Position numbers and translations under genes: made by a program
Notes under the pieces: model-generated
Seen by the model: the letters and a program-made list of their open reading frames with translations, nothing else
Database searches by the model: none
What the model was told of the DNA's origin: nothing
Source: Acidobacterium sp.
Lineage (GTDB): Bacteria > Acidobacteriota > Vicinamibacteria > Vicinamibacterales > UBA2999
Assembly: GCA_002737365.1 (NCBI GenBank)
Contig: NSIL01000003.1
Location: 19,100-83,099 of the forward strand
Reading direction: 5' to 3'
Length of the DNA stretch: 64,000 nucleotides
Shown: in pieces, positions 42,895 to 51,296 of the stretch
How the letters are laid out: each line of letters begins with the position of its first letter
Numbering within the stretch: the stretch's first letter is position 1

Positions 42895-43596
42895 TTACTG
42901 CGACGGACGCCGCGACTTGGCCGCGCGCGGTGAGGTTTTCGAGGCCCGGGCGCGCGGGCGACCGGGCGCGGGCCGCCGCACGGACGAAGCGGCGGCGCCC
43001 CGCAAGAACAAGCCAACATGTTGCCTGGCGAACAGGCGCGGGTTCTTGATCATCGGCAGGTCGGCATCAATGGCATGCAATTGCCGCCAGGTCACCAGCG
43101 GGCTCATGAAGGCCATGCCCTGCAGGTGCGAGTCGGCGCGGCGCAGCCAGCCCTCGCGCGTCAGGCGGCCCAGGATCGCGGCCAGGCTGACGCGGCCGCT
43201 GGTCATGCGCTCGTAGAGGTTGAAGCGACCGAGCTTGGCCATGCGCACGCCATCCGACATCAGGATGCGGAACAGCTTTTGTTCCCGGGGTTCCACGAAC
43301 CCCTCCAGCGTGGTGATCGCCAGCTGCTCGAGCAGGGCGCGGCCGTCGGTGATCGGGCCCTCGGCAAAGACGGTCAGCCGTTCCGACTTGGTGGCCTGGT
43401 GGGCTTCGAGCAGGGCGTCGAACAGCGCGTCCTTGCCGGTGAAGTAGTTGTAGAGGGCGCTCTCGCGCACGCCGACCGCCTTGGCGACGTCGCGCAGGCT
43501 GGTGCCGAAAAAACCCTTGTCGGCGAACAGGTCGAGCGCGGCGTCGAGAATCGCCAGGCGGGTGCGTTGTCCGTCGGCGTTCTTGGGGCGGGCCAT
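42895..43596 (-). CDS. TetR/AcrR-family transcriptional regulator
   Basis: RLAILDAALDLFADKGFFGTSLRDVAKAVGVRESALYNYF helix-turn-helix. About 35-aa Arg/Pro-rich C-terminal tail. Confidence 0.9.
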   Translation of the reverse strand: MARPKNADGQRTRLAILDAALDLFADKGFFGTSLRDVAKAVGVRESALYNYFTGKDALFDALLEAHQATKSERLTVFAEGPITDGRALLEQLAITTLEGFVEPREQKLFRILMSDGVRMAKLGRFNLYERMTSGRVSLAAILGRLTREGWLRRADSHLQGMAFMSPLVTWRQLHAIDADLPMIKNPRLFARQHVGLFLRGAAASSVRRPAPGRPRARASKTSPRAAKSRRPSQ

Positions 43597-43631
43597 GAAA
43601 AATTAATGGTCGTTCATTTAATTAGTTGGTG
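43597..43631 (-). promoter_or_regulatory. AT-rich island with imperfect inverted repeat directly upstream of tetR (candidate operator/promoter)
   Basis: Minus strand reads CACCAACTAATTAAATGAACGACCATTAATTTTTC-ATG. AATTAAATG / CATTAATT arms. No Shine-Dalgarno. This is the entire 35-bp gap between the symporter stop and the tetR ATG. Confidence 0.3.
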
Positions 43632-45122
43632 TCAACTCCCGGCCGGGTCGGGCAGCGGCCGGGGTGCCGACCAGCGCCAGGTCAGCCGCGACACCACCGG
43701 CAGCAGGACCAGGCCGGCGCCGGCGGCCACGGTCTTGAACGGCAGCCACTCGGGATAGGCCACCAAGGCAGGAAGACCGAACAGCGGCTCGCCGCCGCCA
43801 ACCCGCAGGGCCAGCGATACCGCGAACGCCGCCATCGACCCGGCCAGGTTGGCCCTGGGGTCGAACAGCGCGCACGCCAGTTGCGGGAACAGCAGCACGA
43901 ACACCAGGTCGCTCGTGAAGAACCACAGCGCCCGCACGCTCTGCACTTCCAACGCCATCCACACCGCACCGGCACCGAGCGCCGCGATCGTCACCCGCAT
44001 GACCACCTTCATCCGGCCGAACGTCATCGTCGGGCTCAAGAGGCGCATGCAGGTGTTCCAGCTGAACATCGCTCCGGCCGAGAGGATCGACGCCGAGAAA
44101 CTGGAGGTCACCGCCCCGACGATCGCCGCCAGGCCGAACAGGCCGATCACCGGCGGGACGACGTGCTTGAAGATCAGCGGGAGGGCGTCGGCCGGCTGCG
44201 CCGCCAGCCGGGCGGCCAGTTCCGGGGACCACGGATACGCGAACGCCACCAGGCCGAACAGCAGCGGTGGAATGGTCAGGCCGATCGTCAACAGGCCGGC
44301 CAGCAGCGAATGCCGCACCGCATCGGCCGGCGTGCGGCACGACAGCACGCGCTGGAAGTAGCAGTTCCAGGGAATGCCGCCCAGCATCAGCATGATGCTG
44401 ACGTCCCACCACGACACGATGGCCTGGCGCGTCCACAACGTTCCCGACGCGGCCAGTGGTGGCAGCAACACGGCGGCATCGGGCCGCGCCGCCTGGTAGG
44501 TGTGCCATGCCGCGGTCAGGCCACCAACCGCGCCCAGCGCGACCGGCAACGCCGCGGCGAGTCCAATCGCCACCAGCATCAACTGAAACGCGTCGGTGTA
44601 GGCCACCGCCCACATCCCGCCGGCCATCGTGTAGAGCGTGACCACCACTGCCGAGACCAGGATCGCGGTCGTGAGATCAATCTCCAGGACGACGCCAAAC
44701 GTCGACCCGAGCGCGACCAGCAGCTCGGCGCTCCAGAACATCTCCGCCAGCATCGCCGGCACTGACAGCACGACGGCCCAGCGCGGTCCGTAGCGGGCCT
44801 CGAACGGATCGATCAAGGTAGTGAAGGCATGGCGGCGCATGACGCGGGCGAAGAACAGCCCGCCCAGGATCAGGCTGACGCCGAAGAACACGCCGCCCTG
44901 CAGGCCAGTGGCGATGCTCGACTGGTAGGCGCCCTCGGCGGTGCCGAGCAAATAGCCGCCGTCGACCCAGGTCGCCGTCATGGTCAGGGTGGCGAGCCAC
45001 AGCGGCAGGGCGCGGCCGGCGACGATGAAGTCGGCGGCCGAGCGATCGCCGTGACGGCGGGTGGCCAGCCAGCCGATCAGCAGGAACGCCGCATACATCA
45101 CGCCGATGGTCAGGATGGCCAT
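43632..45122 (-). CDS. Sodium:solute symporter (SSF) family transporter
   Basis: DFIVAGRALPLWLATLTMTATWVDGG, TLYTMAGGMWAVAYTDAFQ; 13-14 TM helices. Confidence 0.85.
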   Translation of the reverse strand: MAILTIGVMYAAFLLIGWLATRRHGDRSAADFIVAGRALPLWLATLTMTATWVDGGYLLGTAEGAYQSSIATGLQGGVFFGVSLILGGLFFARVMRRHAFTTLIDPFEARYGPRWAVVLSVPAMLAEMFWSAELLVALGSTFGVVLEIDLTTAILVSAVVVTLYTMAGGMWAVAYTDAFQLMLVAIGLAAALPVALGAVGGLTAAWHTYQAARPDAAVLLPPLAASGTLWTRQAIVSWWDVSIMLMLGGIPWNCYFQRVLSCRTPADAVRHSLLAGLLTIGLTIPPLLFGLVAFAYPWSPELAARLAAQPADALPLIFKHVVPPVIGLFGLAAIVGAVTSSFSASILSAGAMFSWNTCMRLLSPTMTFGRMKVVMRVTIAALGAGAVWMALEVQSVRALWFFTSDLVFVLLFPQLACALFDPRANLAGSMAAFAVSLALRVGGGEPLFGLPALVAYPEWLPFKTVAAGAGLVLLPVVSRLTWRWSAPRPLPDPAGS

Positions 45123-45151
45123 GGAGGAAGCCGCCCGCGCGGCTGGCTCAT

Positions 45152-45192
45152 ATTACGTCGTTTTGCGTAATCATTACGTATAATAACGTAAT
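45152..45192. promoter_or_regulatory. Array of four ATTACG half-sites forming two perfect palindromes around a consensus TATAAT
   Basis: ATTACG(45152-57)-N8-CGTAAT(45166-71), then ATTACGT(45173-79)-N6-ACGTAAT(45186-92). TATAAT lies at 45179-84, 6 nt before ATG 45191. Divergent intergenic region between the symporter and ATPase genes. Confidence 0.45.
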
Positions 45193-46342
45193 GGAGCCTG
45201 ACAACCCGTTCATCTACGGCGAGCTCGTCGGGGCCGGCGCCTTCGCCGACCGCGAGGGCGAACGCAAGCGGCTGACCCGCGACCTGGCCGCCGGCCAGAA
45301 GGTGTTCCTGATCTCACCGCGCCGCTACGGCAAGTCGTCGCTGATTCGCGATGTGCTGCGCGGCCTCGCCAGGCAGAAGATCCTGACCGTCGAGGTGACG
45401 GTCGCGGCGTCCAGTTCGTACGTCGGCTTCCTTGAATCCTACGCCCAGGCATTGATCGCCGCCGACACCCCGGCCAGCCGCCTGCGCCGGTGGGCCGGCG
45501 AGCTGCTGCAGGTGGTGCGGCCCGAACTTCGGTTCGACACCGATGCGGTGGGCCAGTCGCGCTTCGCGCTGGCGTTCCCGTCGGTCCGGACCACGCGCGA
45601 CACCGCGCGTCTGGCCACCGAGGTGTTCGCGCTGCCCGGACGAATCGCCGCCGCCCGCAAGCAACGCCTGGCGATCGCGCTCGACGAGTTCCAGGCCATC
45701 GCCTCGTTCAACGGCGGCAGCGTCGAGCATGCCCTGCGGGCGGCCGTGCAGGATCAACGCGCCGTTGGTTACGTGTTCGCCGGCTCGGAGCCGTCGCTGA
45801 TGGAACGAATGCTGGGCCCGCGGCGGCCGTTCTACAAGGCCGGGCCGGTCATGCGGCTGGAAAAGATCAACGAGGCCCTGTTTGCCGATTTCCTGGACGG
45901 CCGTTTCGTCGCCAGCGGCATGCGACCGGAGGAAGGCCTCGGCGCCGCCATTGTCGACCTCGCCGCCAATGTGCCGTACGACGTGCAGCGCCTGGCCCAC
46001 GAGACCTGGGACGACATCAAGGCCGCCGGTCGCAAGACCGTGGGGCTCGCCGACCTGCATGCCACACTGACGCGCTTACTCGGCGAGCAACACACCATCT
46101 GCGAAGAGTCCTGGCTGCGTCTCACGCTGCCGCAGCGCGCGGTGCTGCGCGCGCTGGTGCTCGAGGACGGCCGCGAGCTGCTGTCGGCGGACGTCCGGAT
46201 GCGGCACCGGCTGCCTGGCGCGTCCACCGTGCAAGCGGCGCTCGCCGCGCTGGTGCGGCAGGACATCGTCATGAAGGAAGGCGGCCGCTACGTCGCGAGC
46301 GACTCTCTCTACCGGGAATGGGTGGCGCGTCAGACGTTTTAG
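45191..46342 (+). CDS. Archaeal-type AAA ATPase (PF01637-like with C-terminal winged-helix/DUF234-like region)
   Basis: NPFIYGELVG..FADREGERKRL N-terminus, Walker A SPRRYGKSSL, Walker B IALDEFQ. 383 aa. Confidence 0.75.
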   Translation: MEPDNPFIYGELVGAGAFADREGERKRLTRDLAAGQKVFLISPRRYGKSSLIRDVLRGLARQKILTVEVTVAASSSYVGFLESYAQALIAADTPASRLRRWAGELLQVVRPELRFDTDAVGQSRFALAFPSVRTTRDTARLATEVFALPGRIAAARKQRLAIALDEFQAIASFNGGSVEHALRAAVQDQRAVGYVFAGSEPSLMERMLGPRRPFYKAGPVMRLEKINEALFADFLDGRFVASGMRPEEGLGAAIVDLAANVPYDVQRLAHETWDDIKAAGRKTVGLADLHATLTRLLGEQHTICEESWLRLTLPQRAVLRALVLEDGRELLSADVRMRHRLPGASTVQAALAALVRQDIVMKEGGRYVASDSLYREWVARQTF

Positions 46343-46361
46343 GAACCGGCGGTCGTCTCGA

Positions 46362-46403
46362 CAGGAGTTGAGGAGGCCAGGAGCATCGTCTCCTGAACTC
46401 CTG
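46362..46403. terminator. Nested hairpin between convergent genes
   Basis: CAGGAGTT-gaggagg-[CAGGAG-catcgt-CTCCTG]-AACTCCTG. Lies between the stops at 46342 (+) and 46416 (-). Confidence 0.55.
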
Positions 46404-46415
46404 AACTCATGTTTC

Positions 46416-47645
46416 CTATTTCGGAACGAGCTTGATCATGCGCCCGGTGGCGCTGTCGGTCACCATGTAGATCGCGCCATCAGGACCCTGCCGGACGTCG
46501 CGGATGCGTTCCGGCTTGGGCTGCAGGTCCTTGAGCAACCGCTCCTCGCCAATCACCTTCTCGCCATCGAGGACCAGGCGGACCAGCTCGTTGGTGCCGT
46601 GGCCGCCAATGAACAGGTTGCCCTTCCAGGCCGGAAACAGCGTGCCGGTATAGAAGATCATGCCGCTCGGCCCGATGATCGGATCCCAGTAGTACAGCGG
46701 CTGTTCCATGCCGGCCTGCTGCGTGAGGCCGCCGGTGATGGGGCCGCCGCGGTATTCAATGCCATACGCGATGGTCGGCCAGCCGTAGTCCTTGCCCTGG
46801 CGGGCGATGTTGATCTCGTCGCCGCCGCGCGTGCCGTACTCTCCAGTCCACAACTCACCAGTCGTCGGGTGCAGCGCCGCCGCCTGGATGTTGCGCTGGC
46901 CGAACGACCAGATCTCCGGCAACACGCCTTCCTTGCCGACAAACGGATTGTCTTTCGGAATCGAACCGTCGGTATTGATGCGCACCAGCTTGCCGAGACC
47001 GCTGTCCAGCTTCTGCGCCTGCATCCGGCCTTCGGTGATCGACCGATCGCCCTGCGTCACGAACAGGGTGCCGTCGCGGCCGAACACCAGGCGGCTGCCA
47101 AAGTGCAGCGGCGAGTTCAGCGACGGTCGCTGGTGGTAAATCACCTGCACGTCATCGACGCGCGGCGCCACGGCATCGTCCACGAACTTGCCACGCGCAA
47201 CCGCCGTGTTGTTGACGCCGGGCTGGCCTTCCTTGGGCTCGGCGAAGCTCCAGTAGATCAGGTTGTTCCTGGCGAACGCCGGGTCGACCACGACGTCGAG
47301 CAGGCCGCCCTGGCCACGCGCGTCCACGGCCGGCAGGCCCGTCACCGCAGCCGACAGCTTGCCGTCGGCACCAACCACGCGCAAGCGGCCGGGGCGTTCA
47401 GTCACGAGCATCTTGCCGCCGGGCAGGAACGCCAGGCTCCAGGGATTCTGCAGGCCCTCGGCCACGGTCACGACCTCGAACGCAACAGTCGACTTCATTT
47501 CCGGCGCGTCGGTCTGGCTCGCCAGCGCGGGCTTCTGCTCAGGATTGTTTGGGGGCCGCGGGTCAACCCCGCCCTGGGCCAGGGCGATATCAGGAGCCAC
47601 GCTCGCCATCACGGCGAAGGCCGCAGCAATCGTCAGGTTCTTCAT
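46416..47645 (-). CDS. PQQ-dependent soluble sugar dehydrogenase, second paralogue
   Basis: Start moved to ATG 47645 ([14 protein letters not shown] signal). [52 protein letters not shown]. Confidence 0.85.
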   Translation of the reverse strand: MKNLTIAAAFAVMASVAPDIALAQGGVDPRPPNNPEQKPALASQTDAPEMKSTVAFEVVTVAEGLQNPWSLAFLPGGKMLVTERPGRLRVVGADGKLSAAVTGLPAVDARGQGGLLDVVVDPAFARNNLIYWSFAEPKEGQPGVNNTAVARGKFVDDAVAPRVDDVQVIYHQRPSLNSPLHFGSRLVFGRDGTLFVTQGDRSITEGRMQAQKLDSGLGKLVRINTDGSIPKDNPFVGKEGVLPEIWSFGQRNIQAAALHPTTGELWTGEYGTRGGDEINIARQGKDYGWPTIAYGIEYRGGPITGGLTQQAGMEQPLYYWDPIIGPSGMIFYTGTLFPAWKGNLFIGGHGTNELVRLVLDGEKVIGEERLLKDLQPKPERIRDVRQGPDGAIYMVTDSATGRMIKLVPK

Positions 47646-47682
47646 AACAAGGATCTTACACAAATCGCGCCTTCAAGCGGCA

Positions 47683-48627
47683 TCACTGCAGCTTGCGCGG
47701 TTCGAGCAACAGCGCGTTGCCGACGTATTCGGTGATCGACAGGCGGCACGATGGGTCCGGGCCCGTGTAGCGCGTGGCATGCCACGTGCTGGCGGGCACG
47801 TACACCACATCTCCTTCGCTCGCGACAAACGGCTGCTGCCCTTCAAAGGCGTAGCGGATCTGTCCAGTGAACACCAGCCAGAACTCCGCGCTCTCGGCGT
47901 GGAAGTGCCCCTTGTCCAACGAATCGAGCGGCGGCATGTTCTTCTCGTGGCCGTACAGCACCAGCATTTCTGACTTATCGTCGCGGACGAAGCGGCCACC
48001 CGCATACTTCTCGTCCTTCGCAGCCTCCTGGTGAATGTTCAGATGCGGCTGGTTGAACTCGTCGTAGCGGGCCGGGGTCCGATTGATCGTCACGGGCACC
48101 CAGGCGGTGCCTGCGGCCGGCGCCGGCGGCGGGGCCTCTTGCGGAAACAGCGTCTTGGCGTGCGCGACGTTGACCACGAACCGCAGGCTGGGCGCGGTGC
48201 CGATCGTCTCGACCGAATAGATCGTCTGGCGCGGAATGTTGACGAGCGATCCACGCGTCGCAGTGATCGGCGCCTGGCCTTCAATCTCCACCCGCACTTC
48301 ACCTTCGACCACGGCGAACCACTCGCGGGTGTCGGGATGAAAGCGCTGCCCCATTTTCGTGCCCGGCGCCGCGTAGAAGTACTCAGCGGTCAGGCGGCCA
48401 TCATCAACGAGCAGCTCAGACCAGTTAGCCTGGCCTCGATGCCGAGTCTTGAGATCCGCGAGCTTGACCCACGGCTGTTGCGGCGCGACATAACCCGGCG
48501 TCTTGACCGGCTTGGGGGCCCACGCACTTGTGGGCACGGGACGCGGAGCGGCCGGCGGCTGCGCGATCGCCGGCGCGGCAGACGCGACGACGGTGAACAT
48601 GGCGACAAGTAGTTGGAGCTGTTTCAT
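47683..48627 (-). CDS. Exported bicupin protein
   Basis: Signal peptide. Two cupin barrels (GQRFHPDTREWFAVVEGEVRVEIEGQ.. and GHFHAESAEFWLVFTGQIRYAFEG..). Confidence 0.65.
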   Translation of the reverse strand: MKQLQLLVAMFTVVASAAPAIAQPPAAPRPVPTSAWAPKPVKTPGYVAPQQPWVKLADLKTRHRGQANWSELLVDDGRLTAEYFYAAPGTKMGQRFHPDTREWFAVVEGEVRVEIEGQAPITATRGSLVNIPRQTIYSVETIGTAPSLRFVVNVAHAKTLFPQEAPPPAPAAGTAWVPVTINRTPARYDEFNQPHLNIHQEAAKDEKYAGGRFVRDDKSEMLVLYGHEKNMPPLDSLDKGHFHAESAEFWLVFTGQIRYAFEGQQPFVASEGDVVYVPASTWHATRYTGPDPSCRLSITEYVGNALLLEPRKLQ

Positions 48628-48656
48628 GGTTGGTCCGTCTCAAATCAATGGCGGTC

Positions 48657-50537
48657 TTATCCGCGGCCAAAATCGAGATTGGCCGTGATCCGCGTCCCAT
48701 CACTGGCAAACGCGTCCCTCAGTAGCCCGATGCGCCGCTTGGCCTCAACGAGATCGTGGTTGCCGAGATTGATGTTCAGCAGGTCGATGTACCACGGCAA
48801 CTTCACGGTATCCATGACGTAGGTCGCGACCATCTCTCGCGCAATCGGCAGCGTCGTCGTCTTCGACACTTCGTGCACGTCGCGATTCGCGGCCGCGAGC
48901 AGCTTGGCGTACTCCTCATCGATCAGACGGGCGCAGAGATTGGCCGTGAACACCTCACCGGCATGTTCGCCTTCGGTGATCACGGCTTGCTTGTGGCGCC
49001 ACTCCCACAAAATGCTCAGGCGAATCTCGCCCGTCGCCATGTCTTCCATCAAATACAGCACATCGTCATTACCGAAAAAGTCAGCGGGCTTCAGCGCAGC
49101 GGCCTGTAGACCTTGTCCAAAGGCGTTGCCGTACTGAATGGCAACGCTGATCAGATCGCGGGCGCCGCGAATGGTTCGCGGCGCGGGTTCCAGTTGCGTC
49201 AGGCCGGCCGCATCGGCGTCGGTGTAGGTCAGCCGCGGGAACGCGCGGCCCATCTGGTTGGCGTCACCAGCTTTCTCCCAGACTGGCCGGACGATGTGGA
49301 CCATCTTCCAGTGGGCGACCCATTTGCCGCTGGCGCCCTCGTGCTGTTCGCGCTCGGCTCCGCCCAGCGCACGCTTCATGCCAGCCGCTACGCCGGCCTC
49401 TGACCCGACGGGGATGTTCGGCTCCATGCCGCCTTGCCATAACGCACATCGGCCCGCCCGATCGGGCGTGTTGACCGCGCGGCGCACGCGGTCCTCGTAC
49501 TGGCGCATGTAGCCATAGGTCATGGTGATGGCGTCGATGTTGGGGTTGACGAAGGCCTCGTCCCACGCCTCCGCATCTGACACGCTGTTGATGTAATCCC
49601 ACCGGCCGGTGTTGAAGCCAACAAAGTGCAGCCCGAGTGCCGCGCGGATCTCCATCAACTGGAAGCAGGCCTCGACCTGCTCCACCAGGACGTAGGCCTT
49701 GATCGTGCCGGGCTTCATCCCAAGGTGATGTTCGAGCGCCGACAGAATGTCGCTCCACAGCGCCGCTTCTTCCGCCGTCTGGATCTTCGGCAGGTACAAC
49801 ACCACCGACGCGCCGGTGTCCCGGAGGCGCTGGTAGTTATTCACGACATACAGCGTCGCGTCGACAATCGACGCCGAGAAGCCCTCGCCGCTGGCCAGGC
49901 GCACCTGGCGGTCGTCGAGATGGAGGCCGCGGGCGCGGAAGAGCTTGGTGGTGAAGCGAAGTTGCTGGCGCCAGTCGGTGACGATCGGCCGCTTAAAGAA
50001 GCCGGCCGACCACTGGTTCATCTCGCCGGCCACCTGTTCGGCGATCGTCAGAAAGATCGGATCGTCGTGAATCGCCAGCTTCAGGTTCCGCTGGTTCTCC
50101 AGCGACATCGTCGACACCTGGCCAAGTGCGTCTTCGCCGTCGAACATCCAGCCATCGGCACCGGACAACAGCGCGTAGGCGACGTTGCGGATGCTGACTT
50201 CGGCCGGCGCATGCGGCCGGGCCGCCGGACCGGTGCCTTGAATCCATTGGCGTTGCAGGTCGGCCGGGATCTCGCTGCCGGTGAATTGTCCGTCGCGGGC
50301 CTCACGCACCGTCATCGTCGTGCGTCCAATGCGCGCAGCCGGATCGAGAAACGCAATCCGTTGTCGATTGATGGCTCGGTCGTGGCGACGCGCGATCCGC
50401 GCTTCCATCAGGTCCTTGCGATCGCGATCGAAGTGCGCGAGGTGCTCGAGCGCGGCAATAGCCGCGGGAGTCAGGACATCGGCGAAGGCGGCTTCGAGCG
50501 TGCCTCGCATTTCGAGGGTGCGCGCGGCGGTGGTCAT
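48657..50537 (-). CDS. aceB: Malate synthase, A-type
   Basis: FDGEDALG, RARGLHLDD, LYLPKIQTAEEAALW, GFNTGRWDYINS and LMEDMATGEIRLSILWEW align with AceB motifs. ATG 50537 preferred (GGAGAG 7 nt upstream). Confidence 0.88.
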   Translation of the reverse strand: MTTAARTLEMRGTLEAAFADVLTPAAIAALEHLAHFDRDRKDLMEARIARRHDRAINRQRIAFLDPAARIGRTTMTVREARDGQFTGSEIPADLQRQWIQGTGPAARPHAPAEVSIRNVAYALLSGADGWMFDGEDALGQVSTMSLENQRNLKLAIHDDPIFLTIAEQVAGEMNQWSAGFFKRPIVTDWRQQLRFTTKLFRARGLHLDDRQVRLASGEGFSASIVDATLYVVNNYQRLRDTGASVVLYLPKIQTAEEAALWSDILSALEHHLGMKPGTIKAYVLVEQVEACFQLMEIRAALGLHFVGFNTGRWDYINSVSDAEAWDEAFVNPNIDAITMTYGYMRQYEDRVRRAVNTPDRAGRCALWQGGMEPNIPVGSEAGVAAGMKRALGGAEREQHEGASGKWVAHWKMVHIVRPVWEKAGDANQMGRAFPRLTYTDADAAGLTQLEPAPRTIRGARDLISVAIQYGNAFGQGLQAAALKPADFFGNDDVLYLMEDMATGEIRLSILWEWRHKQAVITEGEHAGEVFTANLCARLIDEEYAKLLAAANRDVHEVSKTTTLPIAREMVATYVMDTVKLPWYIDLLNINLGNHDLVEAKRRIGLLRDAFASDGTRITANLDFGRG

Positions 50538-50687
50538 TTCGGAACTCTCCACAACAAAATGTCAGCCTCGTCTGCCCCTCGACGCGCGCCGTACTTCTGC
50601 GCGGCGATGATGGGAATGCGGCCGTCACCAGATCCCAGATCGTAAACAACGTCTCGCGCGGCCATGTCGAACGGTAGTATAGGGCGC

Positions 50688-51110
50688 ATGAGCGTTAAGC
50701 GATTCAGTCTGCTCGCGGTGTTTGTGTCATGCGTCGCAGCCTGGTCCCCCTTAGCCTTGGCGAAGAGGGAGCAGGCCATTGGCGGGCCCGAGAAGGGCCG
50801 GGCCGTGGCCGGCGACCCCGGCATTTCATCGATGGTGGTGATGGACCGGCCCGACTTCCGCGTGCTGCGCGATTGGGCAGAGCCGGGCGCCGTCCGCCGA
50901 ATGCACAACCACGCGGATGCCAGCTACCATGTGTTCACATTGCTCACCGGCCAACTCGTGTTGACGATCGAGGGTCAGCCACCGGTCGACGTGAAAGCCG
51001 GTGATGTCATCGACCTGAAGGGCGGTGCCATGCACACCTTCAAGAACACCGGCGCCGTCACCGCGACCATCGTCGAGGTGTTCGGCAAGGCGCCCAAGCC
51101 GGCACCGTAA
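50688..51110 (+). CDS. Small exported monocupin
   Basis: MSVKRFSLLAVFVSCVAAWSPLALA signal. RRMHNHADASYHVF..GDVIDLKGGAMHTFKNTG cupin motifs. The alternative ATG 50664 is possible. Confidence 0.65.
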   Translation: MSVKRFSLLAVFVSCVAAWSPLALAKREQAIGGPEKGRAVAGDPGISSMVVMDRPDFRVLRDWAEPGAVRRMHNHADASYHVFTLLTGQLVLTIEGQPPVDVKAGDVIDLKGGAMHTFKNTGAVTATIVEVFGKAPKPAP

Positions 51111-51150
51111 CGAGAACCTCGGCCGCTGAACGATCCTACGTGGATACCGT

Positions 51151-51172
51151 AACATCACAATGTTGTGATGTT
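51151..51172. repeat. Perfect 10+10 inverted repeat AACATCACAA-tg-TTGTGATGTT (function unknown)
   Basis: Read directly. Lies in the 186-bp gap between the convergent cupin and acylase genes. No flanking T-run. Confidence 0.9.
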
Positions 51173-51296
51173 GCGCAGTACGCTTTACGGGGTCTTCTAC
51201 GGGCCGTTGGTTCTGCCGCCACCCGGGCGAGAGGTCCGGCGTGAGTTGGCTTCGGACTTGAAGCTGCGCCCTTGTACTGCAACTTCGACGACGCCT

